Shown here: positions 12,283 to 21,425 of the stretch, piece by piece
Numbering within the stretch: position 1 is the first letter of the stretch
How the letters are laid out: the number at the start of each line of letters is the position of its first letter
Source of the DNA: Candidatus Heimdallarchaeum endolithica
GTDB taxonomy: Archaea > Asgardarchaeota > Heimdallarchaeia > Heimdallarchaeales > Heimdallarchaeaceae
Reading direction: 5' to 3'
Assembly (NCBI GenBank): GCA_021513715.1
Contig: CP084167.1
Location: 1,760,001-1,824,000 of the forward strand
Length of the DNA: 64,000 nt
Program-made: the position numbers and the translations under genes
Notes under the pieces: model-generated
Told to the model about the DNA's origin: nothing
Seen by the model: the letters and a program-made list of their open reading frames with translations, nothing else
Database searches by the model: none

Positions 12283-13452
12283 GTGCAAATCGAAAAGATA
12301 GATGTTGGAATTGTTGGAGCGGGCCCAGCAGGTTTATCAGCTGGTTTAGCCTTAGCAAATAATGGATATAAAACTACAATTTTTGAAGAACACAAGATTG
12401 TAGGAATCCCCATTCAATGTGGAGAGGGAATAAGTGAAAAGGTTTTTATTGAATTTCCAATTTTAAAAACAAATAAAGAATTTATAATAAGAAAATTTGG
12501 AAATACTAAAATCTATTTTCCTGGCGATTATACTGTTTTTGGCGATACTCATGCATACATGATAAGGAGAGATAAATTTGACCAATTTTTAGCACAACAA
12601 GTAAAAAAAAGTGGAGGAAAAATTCTTACTAACTCAAGAGTTATTGATGCAATAGAAACAAAAGAAGGAGTTAAAATCAAAATAAAAAAAGATGGAACAG
12701 AACAATTATTTTTATCTTCTGTTTTACTTATCGCTGAAGGCCCAAAAGGAGATATAGCCAGAAAACTTGGTTTTAACACACCAGAACTAATAAGGGCTTT
12801 GGAATATAGAATACAAGGAGAGTTCAGTGACACAATGGAATTTTTCTTTGATAATGAAAAATATCCTTTCGGATATAGCTGGATATTCCCAAGGAATAAT
12901 GAAACAAATGTTGGAGTTGTAACAACTGCAAAAAATCGCAAAGAAATCTTGGATAAATTTCTCAAAGAGAGAAATATTTCAGGGAAGATTATTAAAAAAA
13001 TAGGTGGTTCTATTCCAAAAAATGGTGTGGTAAAACAACTTGCCACACAGAAAATAGCCTTAATTGGAGATACAGGAGGATTTACCAACCCATTATTTTA
13101 CGGAGGAATTCGAAATGCAATGCTCAGTGGAAAAATAGTGGCAGATATAATTGACTTTCAGAGAAAAAACGAAAAAAAAGTTGATCTTAGAACATTTGAC
13201 AAAAAAGTAAGAAAACACCCATTTTCTGCAAAAATAAGCATAAAAAGCCATAAATACTTTTACACAAGATCTGTAAACTTCCAAAAGAAAATTGGAAAGG
13301 TATTCAATGGAACATATATAAATCGAATTGAAAATAAAGAACTCTTGAAATATTTACTAAAACTAGTTTGTAACCCAATACTTATCAAAAATCCTAAAAA
13401 ACTATATTGGTTATACAAAGGATTTAAACAAGCTAGGGACTATGGATTTTAA
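12283..13452 (+). CDS. Geranylgeranyl reductase-family FAD oxidoreductase
   Basis: IVGAGPAG, CGEGIS, RDKFDQFL, GYSWIFP, IGDTGGFTNPLFYGGI. Confidence 0.85.
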   Translation: MQIEKIDVGIVGAGPAGLSAGLALANNGYKTTIFEEHKIVGIPIQCGEGISEKVFIEFPILKTNKEFIIRKFGNTKIYFPGDYTVFGDTHAYMIRRDKFDQFLAQQVKKSGGKILTNSRVIDAIETKEGVKIKIKKDGTEQLFLSSVLLIAEGPKGDIARKLGFNTPELIRALEYRIQGEFSDTMEFFFDNEKYPFGYSWIFPRNNETNVGVVTTAKNRKEILDKFLKERNISGKIIKKIGGSIPKNGVVKQLATQKIALIGDTGGFTNPLFYGGIRNAMLSGKIVADIIDFQRKNEKKVDLRTFDKKVRKHPFSAKISIKSHKYFYTRSVNFQKKIGKVFNGTYINRIENKELLKYLLKLVCNPILIKNPKKLYWLYKGFKQARDYGF

Positions 13453-13596
13453 ACTAACATCACCTATAAATCGATGTAAAAAAATTCAAATCTTTGTTTT
13501 TTCTCTTTTTTTAAACCCCACTTCTCATTATATAATAAAGGACAAAAACCATAACAGTTAAATGCAAATCAATGATGAAACAATCGAGGAAAAAAA

Positions 13597-13788
13597 ATGA
13601 TTATCCCCGTACGTTGTTGGACATGTGGTTCTTTAATCGCAGATAAGTGGGAAGAATTTCACGAAAGAGTTGAAAATAACGAAAACCCAGAAAAAGTACT
13701 AGATGACTTAAAAGTAAATCGTTGGTGTTGTCGAAGAATGTTGATAGCTCATATTGATCTCATTGACGAAATACTCCCATTCAGTTAG
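13597..13788 (+). CDS. rpoN: RNA polymerase subunit N (Rpo10)
   Basis: [11 protein letters not shown]...RWCCRRML. Confidence 0.97.
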   Translation: MIIPVRCWTCGSLIADKWEEFHERVENNENPEKVLDDLKVNRWCCRRMLIAHIDLIDEILPFS

Positions 13789-13883
13789 GAAGTTTATAAT
13801 AAGCAACAAAAAAAAGAACAAGAAACGAAACTTTTTATATAAAACTAAAAGAGAATGAAGTGATTAGGAAACGAGGAAGAAAA

Positions 13884-14522
13884 ATGTCTGAAGAAACTAA
13901 AGATCCAATTGAAGAAGAACAAGCACTTTTAGTTCCAAGAGATGAATATTTAGTTAGCGGAATTCATATTGGAACAAGTGTATGCACAAAATCAATGCAA
14001 AAATACATGTATCGAGTTCGTACTGATGGTATTTTTGTTCTTAATGTAAATCTTACTGACGAACGTATACGTACTGCTGCAAAGTTTCTAGCTCGATTTG
14101 AGCCTTCTCAAGTAGCAGTTTTTGCAACAAGACAATATGCATCTGTACCATCCACAAAAATGGCTCGTTATTGTGGTTTCAAGGTATTTCCTGGCCGTTT
14201 TATCCCTGGAACTTTAACCAACCCTACATATTCAGGATATATTGAACCTGACGTGATAATATTAACTGACCCACGAGCAGATAAACAAGCTCTTACAGAA
14301 GCTTCTTCACGTGGAATACCTATTATTGCATTATGTGATACAGATAATATCACAACAAATGTCGATTTTGTTATTCCAGTAAATAATAAAGGAAGAAAAA
14401 GTCTTGCTTTAGTCTATTACCTATTAACAAGACAGGTTTTGATTGAACGTGGAGAATTAGGCGAAAATGAAGATTTGCCTGAAACAATAGAGGACTTTTC
14501 TTTCAAACTAATTAGAGATTAA
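13884..14522 (+). CDS. rps2: 30S ribosomal protein uS2
   Basis: GIHIGT, GRFIPGTLTNP, IPVNNKG; in-frame ATG at 13884 preferred as start. Confidence 0.95.
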   Translation: MSEETKDPIEEEQALLVPRDEYLVSGIHIGTSVCTKSMQKYMYRVRTDGIFVLNVNLTDERIRTAAKFLARFEPSQVAVFATRQYASVPSTKMARYCGFKVFPGRFIPGTLTNPTYSGYIEPDVIILTDPRADKQALTEASSRGIPIIALCDTDNITTNVDFVIPVNNKGRKSLALVYYLLTRQVLIERGELGENEDLPETIEDFSFKLIRD

Positions 14523-14568
14523 GCAATATAAATTCTCTTTTTTTGTTTTATTGATATAAAAGAAAAAG

Positions 14569-15578
14569 TGTATACTCAACTCACATTGGTAACAAATAAA
14601 TAGAAGTGGGTTACGTGGGTAAGTGATATATTATGAACAAACCCGAACGTAACCTGGAGAAACTAAGAAAGATTGTGGTTAAAAAAGCTTTGGAAGGAGA
14701 GAAGATAAAAGAGGTAGCTCACAAGTATATGGTGAGTAGGAAGTTTGTGTATAAGTGGTTGAAGAGGTTCAGAGAGAACCCTGAAGGAGTATGGTGGAAA
14801 GATAGATCTTCCAGACCAAAAACTATACACAGGAAAGTAGATGAGGAGTTAAAAGAGAGGATAAGGGAGTTAAGAATAAAACAAGGAATGAATGTGGAGA
14901 AGATAGCTTATTTGTTGAAGAGAGAAGGAAAAGCACTCTCTCAGACGACAGTGACGAAAGTAATAAAAGAGTTAGGTCTTCCTTTATGGGTTAATAGAAA
15001 AAAGAGGAAAAGACCTCGATACAAGAGTTTTGAACGTCAAAAACCTAACGAACTCTGGCAAATAGATGTGAAAGGACCATTCTGGGTAGAAGAACAGGGA
15101 CAACATCTCCATCTCATAACCTTGATAGACGACCACTCACGATTCTGTCTGGGAGCTAAATTCCACCCTTTTGCACCAAAAAAAGAGCAGATAATAAGTT
15201 TGCTAGAGGAAGCAATAAAAGAGTACGGTTACCCCGAGTCTATACTTACTGACAATGGAGCACTCTTCTCTTCCGTTAGAGGAGGAACAAGTACCTTCTC
15301 CCGTTGGTGTCAAACAGAAGGAATAAAACACATCAGAGCTAGAGTTTTTCACCCCGAAACATGTGGAAAAGTAGAAAGACTACATGGGACAATCATCCGT
15401 GAGATGGAAAGATTAGGTCTAAAATACTGCAACGCAGATCTCTCCTACTACCGCTCTTACTACAATTTTAGTCGTCCTCACCAATCTCTTAACTTCCTCA
15501 CCCCAGGAGAAAGATTTATGAATCACCCCTATGTTTCTCTAGTACCCAAAAGTGTAACCCAAGTCTATTGAGTAAACA
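14569..15578 (+). mobile_element. IS481-family insertion sequence, copy 1 (intact ORF)
   Basis: TGT...ACA ends; imperfect 26-bp TIR (19/26 identical); 16-bp direct repeat GATATAAAAGAAAAAG at 14553-14568 and 15579-15594. Confidence 0.92.
14633..15571 (+). CDS. IS481-family DDE transposase
   Basis: N-terminal HTH, WQIDVK, IDDHSR, TDNG, GKVERLH, YNFSRPHQSL; stop codon lies inside the right TIR. Confidence 0.93.
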   Translation: MNKPERNLEKLRKIVVKKALEGEKIKEVAHKYMVSRKFVYKWLKRFRENPEGVWWKDRSSRPKTIHRKVDEELKERIRELRIKQGMNVEKIAYLLKREGKALSQTTVTKVIKELGLPLWVNRKKRKRPRYKSFERQKPNELWQIDVKGPFWVEEQGQHLHLITLIDDHSRFCLGAKFHPFAPKKEQIISLLEEAIKEYGYPESILTDNGALFSSVRGGTSTFSRWCQTEGIKHIRARVFHPETCGKVERLHGTIIREMERLGLKYCNADLSYYRSYYNFSRPHQSLNFLTPGERFMNHPYVSLVPKSVTQVY

Positions 15579-15880
15579 GATATAAAAGAAAAAGAGATTA
15601 TCTTATTTTTTTATAATGGTTCTTTAGATGATGTTTTGAAAACTTTCCAATTAACTAGAGAAGTAGTCGTAGCTACTGGCAAATTCCATTTTTGTGAAAA
15701 ATGTATCCTTTTTTACTACTCTTTCTGTCTAATTTTTCTATTTTCTAATATTTCACATAAATTGGTTTATTCATTTTAAGTATGACAACTTTTTTTATCT
15801 ATATTTTTGTTCAACTGAGGGAAGAAAAGTCGATATAGAAGTTTGAAAAAGCTTTTATCACCTAACTAATTGTTTGATAT

Positions 15881-16861
15881 ATGAGTGAAATAATCTCTAC
15901 CTCTGCTCCTGGTAAGGTTATATTATTTGGAGAACATGCAGTAGTTTATGGATTCCCAGCTATTGCTATCGCAATAAATAGGAGAGTAAAAGTAAGTATT
16001 ATAGAAGGAAATGAAACTTCAAAATCTCTTTTCACTCCTGACCTATTTCCGAAAAATCAATTTGATCTTACCAATGAACATATTATCCCAGAACAACTTA
16101 AAGCAATCTTTTTTCTCTTAAAAAAAACGAAAGTTATTGAAAGATTATCTTATGGACAACAAATATTAATAAAATCACAAATTCCTCCTTCTGCAGGTTT
16201 AGGCTCTAGTGCAGCGATCAGTGTGTCATTAGCAATGTTAGGTACAATACTTTCTAATCAAGAATTACAACTTGAAAATATCAACAAAATTGCTTTTGAA
16301 GCTGAAAAAATTCAACATGGAACACCTAGTGGGATAGATAATTTTGTCTCTACATTTGGAGGGGGAGTGTTTTATTTAAAGAATTCACTAAAAAGAATTG
16401 ATCTATCAAAAATTTCATTTAAGATTGTAATTATTAACACGAAAGTCACTAGAAATACAAAAGATTTAGTTTTGTTAGTGAAAAAAAGATACGAAGAAAA
16501 AAAAGATTATGTTCAAGAGTTGTTTAATGAAATTAAAACAATAACAGAACAAGCAAAGGTTTACATAGAAAAAGGAAACATTGATAAAATAGGTGAATTA
16601 ATGAATGAAAATCAAGTAGCATTAGAAAAACTGGGTGTAGGGCATAAAAAAATTATAGAAGCTATTAACATTTTAGGAAATGAAGGGGCCTTGGGAGCAA
16701 AACTTACAGGAGCTGGAGGAGGAGGGTGTGTTATTGGAATATTTGATAGTAAAGAAGAATCTTCAATTGCTGTACAAAAAGCAAAAGAAGAAGGTTTTGA
16801 AGCTTTTACTACAGAACCATCGAAGATAGGAGTAATAGAAAATGGTATCAAAAAAGATTGA
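15881..16861 (+). CDS. mvk: Mevalonate kinase
   Basis: APGKVILFGEHAVVYG, PPSAGLGSSAA, HGTPSGID, KLTGAGGGG. Confidence 0.93.
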   Translation: MSEIISTSAPGKVILFGEHAVVYGFPAIAIAINRRVKVSIIEGNETSKSLFTPDLFPKNQFDLTNEHIIPEQLKAIFFLLKKTKVIERLSYGQQILIKSQIPPSAGLGSSAAISVSLAMLGTILSNQELQLENINKIAFEAEKIQHGTPSGIDNFVSTFGGGVFYLKNSLKRIDLSKISFKIVIINTKVTRNTKDLVLLVKKRYEEKKDYVQELFNEIKTITEQAKVYIEKGNIDKIGELMNENQVALEKLGVGHKKIIEAINILGNEGALGAKLTGAGGGGCVIGIFDSKEESSIAVQKAKEEGFEAFTTEPSKIGVIENGIKKD

Positions 16862-17642
16862 TATAATAAAAATCGGGGGGTCAGTAATAACCAATAAACG
16901 AAAATATAAAACTTTGATAACAAAAAATCTTGCGAGAATTATAGAAGAAATAGAAAAATCACCTGATAAACCTAAGATACTTATTCATGGGGCAGGTTCT
17001 TTTGGACACATTATAGCAAAAAAGTATAACATAATTAATGGTTTTAAAAAATCAAATCAAATTGATGGAATATTAAAGATTAGAGAAGATATGGCAGAAC
17101 TAACAAAAAATGTTGTAAACTTTATAAATAAAAAAAATTTGAAAGCTTTATCTTTCCAAACTAGCGCTATAACGTTCGAAAATCAAGAAACAAAAGTAGT
17201 AGAAATATATGTTGAACCAATCAAGAAAGCTTTAGAGATTAATTTAATACCTGTATTGTCAGGAGATATTGTGTTTAGTGATAGAAGAGGTTTTTCGATA
17301 ATTAGTGGAGATCAACTTATAGAGCTTTTAACAAGTTTTTTTGATGTTGAGAAGGTAGTTTTTTGTTCAGATATTGATGGATTAATAGTATATAATAAAA
17401 AGAATGAGCAGATGCTGATTGAGGAAATAGAGTATAGCAAATTAGATTCAATAAACATAGCTAAAATAAAAGAAACAGAAAAAATTGATGTCACAGGAGA
17501 AATGCAAAATAAACTTAACATTATAAAGAAACTATCTGGCAAAGTTCACGAAGTAGTATTAGTTAACGGATTAGTAGAGGGAAGACTACGCTCTGTTTTG
17601 AATAATGAAAAAACGATATGTACAAAAATAATTAATAAATAG
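16842..17642 (+). CDS. ipk: Isopentenyl phosphate kinase
   Basis: KIGGSVIT, HGAGSFGH, SGD, DVTGEM; overlaps the end of mvk. Confidence 0.9.
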   Translation: MVSKKIDIIKIGGSVITNKRKYKTLITKNLARIIEEIEKSPDKPKILIHGAGSFGHIIAKKYNIINGFKKSNQIDGILKIREDMAELTKNVVNFINKKNLKALSFQTSAITFENQETKVVEIYVEPIKKALEINLIPVLSGDIVFSDRRGFSIISGDQLIELLTSFFDVEKVVFCSDIDGLIVYNKKNEQMLIEEIEYSKLDSINIAKIKETEKIDVTGEMQNKLNIIKKLSGKVHEVVLVNGLVEGRLRSVLNNEKTICTKIINK

Positions 17643-17663
17643 AAATTTTGTAAAAATTAATTC

Positions 17664-18113
17664 CTACTCATAAATCCATTCTTCATCTATTTTTTTGTAT
17701 TGAACAAATTCTTCATCCTCAAAATAGATTGAATACTCAATCTTTGCATTTTCAGGTGAGTCTCCAGCATGAATTATATTACGTCCTATTTCTAGTGCAA
17801 AATCCCCCCTTATTGTACCTGGATGAGCATCAAGAGGGTTTGTAGCGCCAACTATTTTACGCGTTAGCTTCACAGCATTTTTTCCTTCAACAACCATTGC
17901 TACTACAGGTCCACTAGTTATATATTCAATTAAACCTTCATAAAATGGTTTTCCTTTATGGATAGCGTAATGCTCTTCAGCCATTTTTTTAGTTAATTGG
18001 AGCATTTTTAGGCCAATAATTTTTAATCCTACACGTTCAATACGTGTAATTACATCTCCAATTAATCCTCGTTGTACACCATCTGGTTTTATCATAATAA
18101 ATTCTCGTTCCAT
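17664..18113 (-). CDS. ndk: Nucleoside diphosphate kinase
   Basis: [24 protein letters not shown]; likely start MEREF at 18113. Confidence 0.96.
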   Translation of the reverse strand: MEREFIMIKPDGVQRGLIGDVITRIERVGLKIIGLKMLQLTKKMAEEHYAIHKGKPFYEGLIEYITSGPVVAMVVEGKNAVKLTRKIVGATNPLDAHPGTIRGDFALEIGRNIIHAGDSPENAKIEYSIYFEDEEFVQYKKIDEEWIYE

Positions 18114-18249
18114 ATTAACACCAAAATCGAAAAAGTATAAGGAAATAAAAAGCATTCGATTAAGTTTTATTACAAATACAGAATAGCAATCCTAAAAATT
18201 AAGCAAAAAAGACTAAAAACGAAAAATAGCTTAAAAAGAAAGAAAAGAA

Positions 18250-18438
18250 TTAGAGAATTTTCTTCTCATATTTAGTTGTATATTTTAACTTTTTAGGGTC
18301 TCGCTTGAAGTCAAGACTAGATCTTTTACATTTATTACTACAAAAATGTAAAACATTTCCAGCACGTTGAACATATAACAATCCTTGACCATGTGGGATT
18401 TCTTTTCCACAAAATGAACAAGTTCGTGTTCTTGGCAT
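18250..18438 (-). CDS. rpl24e: 50S ribosomal protein eL24
   Basis: CSFCG...FCSNKC. Confidence 0.95.
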   Translation of the reverse strand: MPRTRTCSFCGKEIPHGQGLLYVQRAGNVLHFCSNKCKRSSLDFKRDPKKLKYTTKYEKKIL

Positions 18439-18448
18439 ATTTTGTCAC

Positions 18449-18664
18449 CTATCGTCTCCTTATTTTTCTTGCTTCACGCTCAGTTTCTCTAAGCATGAGT
18501 ATATCTCCTTTTCTGACTGGACCCTTAAGATTACGTGTAATAATACGGTTTTTGTCAGGTCCTTCTAGGACTTTTACTCTTGCTTGAATGACTTCTCCTA
18601 CTGAACCAGTTCTATCCAATACTTGGATGACTTCAGCAGGTATTCCTAGATTTTCAGAGCTCAT
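18449..18664 (-). CDS. rps28e: 30S ribosomal protein eS28
   Basis: RTGSVGEV...[13 protein letters not shown]...EREAR. Confidence 0.96.
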   Translation of the reverse strand: MSSENLGIPAEVIQVLDRTGSVGEVIQARVKVLEGPDKNRIITRNLKGPVRKGDILMLRETEREARKIRRR

Positions 18665-18678
18665 TTTTAATCACCAAA

Positions 18679-19044
18679 TTATTTTTTGAGTTCTGCAATC
18701 TTTTGAGCGAGACTTTCAAGAGTGCTTTGAGCTTCCCCAGCTTTTATTACTGCTATTGAAGCTGAACCAACAGAAAGTCCAACAGCCTTTCCTAAATCTT
18801 CTTTTGTTGGAACAAAAGTATAAGGTATTTTATTCTCTTCACACAATAAAGGAAGGTGCATAACGATTTCTGGTGGCTCTACATCTTCTGCAATATAAAT
18901 CATAGAAGCCGTTTTTCTTTCTACAGCTTTGGTTACCTCATTAGTACCTTTTCGTACTTCTCCTGTTTTTGCTGCATTTTCCAAGATATTCAATGATTCT
19001 TTAACTAATTCTTCTGGAATTTCAAATTTTTTATAAATTGCCAT
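18679..19044 (-). CDS. rpl7ae: 50S ribosomal protein eL8 / L7Ae
   Basis: RKGTNEVTKAVER, IAEDVEPPEIVMHLP. Confidence 0.97.
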   Translation of the reverse strand: MAIYKKFEIPEELVKESLNILENAAKTGEVRKGTNEVTKAVERKTASMIYIAEDVEPPEIVMHLPLLCEENKIPYTFVPTKEDLGKAVGLSVGSASIAVIKAGEAQSTLESLAQKIAELKK

Positions 19045-19050
19045 TTTTTC

Positions 19051-19080
19051 ACCTCAGGAACTTAAAGCCCTTCATAAGGT
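19051..19080 (-). promoter_or_regulatory. Putative kink-turn in the rpl7ae 5' UTR overlapping the SD (L7Ae autoregulation)
   Basis: Minus strand ACC-UUAU-GA-AGGGCUUUAAGUUCCU-GA-GGU: tandem GA/GA with a bulge, and GAGGUGA SD in the 3' arm. Confidence 0.55.
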
Positions 19081-19199
19081 CATCTGTAACAAACGTATTA
19101 ATTTTATTTAAAAGGATTAGTATTTGAGAGAAATGAAAACAAGATACAGCAAAAAAGAAGATTTTTGGCTATAAGGTTATAAAACGCTGTATGCTATTT

Positions 19200-19928
19200 T
19201 TATATTTGCAGTTTCTCTTTTAATTTATCTTTGATATCTATGTCCTTTGTGAAGCGATAGTGTAGATAAATTAAGAATAGTCCTATCACTACAGTAGGTG
19301 TTAAGACAAATAATGACCAACTTATCGTCCTTGAAATAATTATTTCAAGACAAAAAGTTAATCCACCTATTCCAAATAGGATAAATGCAGCAATGTTCGC
19401 TCCTTTTTTTTTCACCAAAATAGAAGCAAGCACAACTAATGAAGAGAATAGGATTGTAACAATTACAATGGGTAGTGCATAAGTGACATACCATTCTAAT
19501 TTCCAATCGTCAAAATAATCAACCAAAGCCAGAAAACCCATGACAAATGAAACTTCACCCAAAACTAGAATAATTGGTTTCTTAGGAAAAAGCAAAGGTA
19601 TTGCTACTGTTCCCCAAATAAATAAAAATCCTAACATTGGAAACCTAGCCCATGTTATACTTTTATTAATTATTAAATCTAAGAATGTGGTAATCAAAAA
19701 TGGTAAAGCAAGAGAAATACTAACTATTTCTAAAGCAAACATCCTTTTTTCTTTTTCCGTTCTTCTTTTTATAGAGGATTCTTCAATTGGTTCATCTGGA
19801 TACTTTTTAGCAACCTTTATCTCACTAATGTCTTCTAGTTTTTGTATGGGAGTATTACATAAAGGACACTTTTCTACTCCAGGATCAACCTCTACTCCAC
19901 ATCTAGAACAATATGGCATGTTTTTCAC
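19200..19928 (-). CDS. Zinc-ribbon + multi-TM membrane protein (DUF6320-like)
   Basis: YCSRCGVE...CPLC followed by about 6 hydrophobic helices; downstream of two acyltransferases. Confidence 0.7.
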   Translation of the reverse strand: MKNMPYCSRCGVEVDPGVEKCPLCNTPIQKLEDISEIKVAKKYPDEPIEESSIKRRTEKEKRMFALEIVSISLALPFLITTFLDLIINKSITWARFPMLGFLFIWGTVAIPLLFPKKPIILVLGEVSFVMGFLALVDYFDDWKLEWYVTYALPIVIVTILFSSLVVLASILVKKKGANIAAFILFGIGGLTFCLEIIISRTISWSLFVLTPTVVIGLFLIYLHYRFTKDIDIKDKLKEKLQI

Positions 19929-20011
19929 TCTGTCACATTATTTTTTAAATTTATGCCTAAAGAATTTTACTTTTAATATTATAAAAAAGCTAGAAGATTG
20001 TTCAAAAATTC

Positions 20012-21301
20012 TCAGTTAGATTCAATTTTAACAGGAATACCCATTTTGACAATTTTTCTAAAGAAAATCTTTTCTAGTTCCTTAGAATTACTAACATTAC
20101 CAAAGTTGATATATAATTTATTTTTAAAACTAACGACCCCACAACTAACTTTTCTTTCTGGATTAGTTCCAGGAAGAAATTGAAAGTCTTCAACATGTTC
20201 TTCCATTTCTGGAGGAAGTTTCACAACACCTAAGTTTGAGAGAGAACCAGAATATCTTTTTTCTCCATAACCCATATAGATAAGTCGTCCGAACAGTTTT
20301 TTTATAAATAACGGCATTATTCGCAAAATCGGATTAAGTTCTGCCCTTACATTTTGTCTAATACTTTGACTAATGTACTTATCGTTAAGTTCAGTTCGCA
20401 TAAAGTGATATACTTCTTTAATTATTTCATCAAAAGTAAACTTACCAAGCCGAGAATCAATACCAGGAGTTACAAAAAGAGAAAAGTTTCTCATGGTTTT
20501 ACTTGGATAAATTCGTCGAAGGTTTATTGGTATTGAAACTCTTATGGGTTTTAATTTTCTTTTTGGTTTATTTTTCAGAAAATTGAACTGTATTTCTTGC
20601 AAAGAGTCCAAATATATTGCAACCAAAAACTCTGTTACAGTTACATTGTATTCTTTAGCTTTTTTTATGAATTCTTTTACTGGAATAATTCCAGTAGTTA
20701 GATGGTAAACACCAGGTTTTTCTAATTTATATGGAAGTCTGAACGCTTTTGGCGGAAGTTTTATTGACGGAAGGTTCTTATCATAGAATTTTTTATAAGA
20801 ATCTTCATATTCCTCAAAACTTGGTTCCTCACTAATATCAAAAACATCCTCCACCTTATGGGCTTTAACACCACGTAATTTTAGATACTCTACAACAAGA
20901 GTTTTCAGAAAAATTATCCCTCCTGTACCATCAGTTATTGAATGGTGAAATTCAATTGCGATTCTGTTTTGGAAAGCTCTTACTCTAAAAGGAAAAGTTC
21001 CTCGTTTTCTCACATGTAGTTCTTTACAAGGATATTTAGAGTCAGCTTCGACGCGAGGAAAAGTTTTTAATTTTCTGAGATAGTACCAAAAAAGTCCAGG
21101 ACGAAGATTTACTCTAAAATAAGGAAAACGGATTATTGTTTTATTAAGTGCAGTTTGAAGAAGACTAACATTAACTGGTTCTTTTAGAGTCACAGATAGC
21201 CTAAAAAGGGCAGGAATCCTTGGAGAAGAGACCAAAGAAAAAATTACTGCAGCATTATCTAGACGAAACCATTCACGAAAAGTTTCTTTCCTTTCCTTCA
21301 T
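20012..21301 (-). CDS. Alcohol acetyltransferase / condensation-domain-like CoA-dependent acyltransferase
   Basis: LDNAA, FHHSITDG (HxxxDG), PINLR, SNLG. Confidence 0.8.
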   Translation of the reverse strand: MKERKETFREWFRLDNAAVIFSLVSSPRIPALFRLSVTLKEPVNVSLLQTALNKTIIRFPYFRVNLRPGLFWYYLRKLKTFPRVEADSKYPCKELHVRKRGTFPFRVRAFQNRIAIEFHHSITDGTGGIIFLKTLVVEYLKLRGVKAHKVEDVFDISEEPSFEEYEDSYKKFYDKNLPSIKLPPKAFRLPYKLEKPGVYHLTTGIIPVKEFIKKAKEYNVTVTEFLVAIYLDSLQEIQFNFLKNKPKRKLKPIRVSIPINLRRIYPSKTMRNFSLFVTPGIDSRLGKFTFDEIIKEVYHFMRTELNDKYISQSIRQNVRAELNPILRIMPLFIKKLFGRLIYMGYGEKRYSGSLSNLGVVKLPPEMEEHVEDFQFLPGTNPERKVSCGVVSFKNKLYINFGNVSNSKELEKIFFRKIVKMGIPVKIESN

Positions 21302-21425
21302 TCAAACCACAAGATTATTTTTAGACAATTTTTTTATTTCGAATAAGGTATTTTTATCACATTATTTATACCTCGTCACTAGTTATACTAAATCAAAGTT
21401 ATAATTAACCTTAATCTTTTTTGAT

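Noticed and set aside
15600-15775. Possible gene remnant on the minus strand beside IS copy 1 (...KWNLPVATTTSLVNWKVFKTSSKEPL*)
   Set aside because: Interrupted by stops and no family recognised; cannot be supported without a search.
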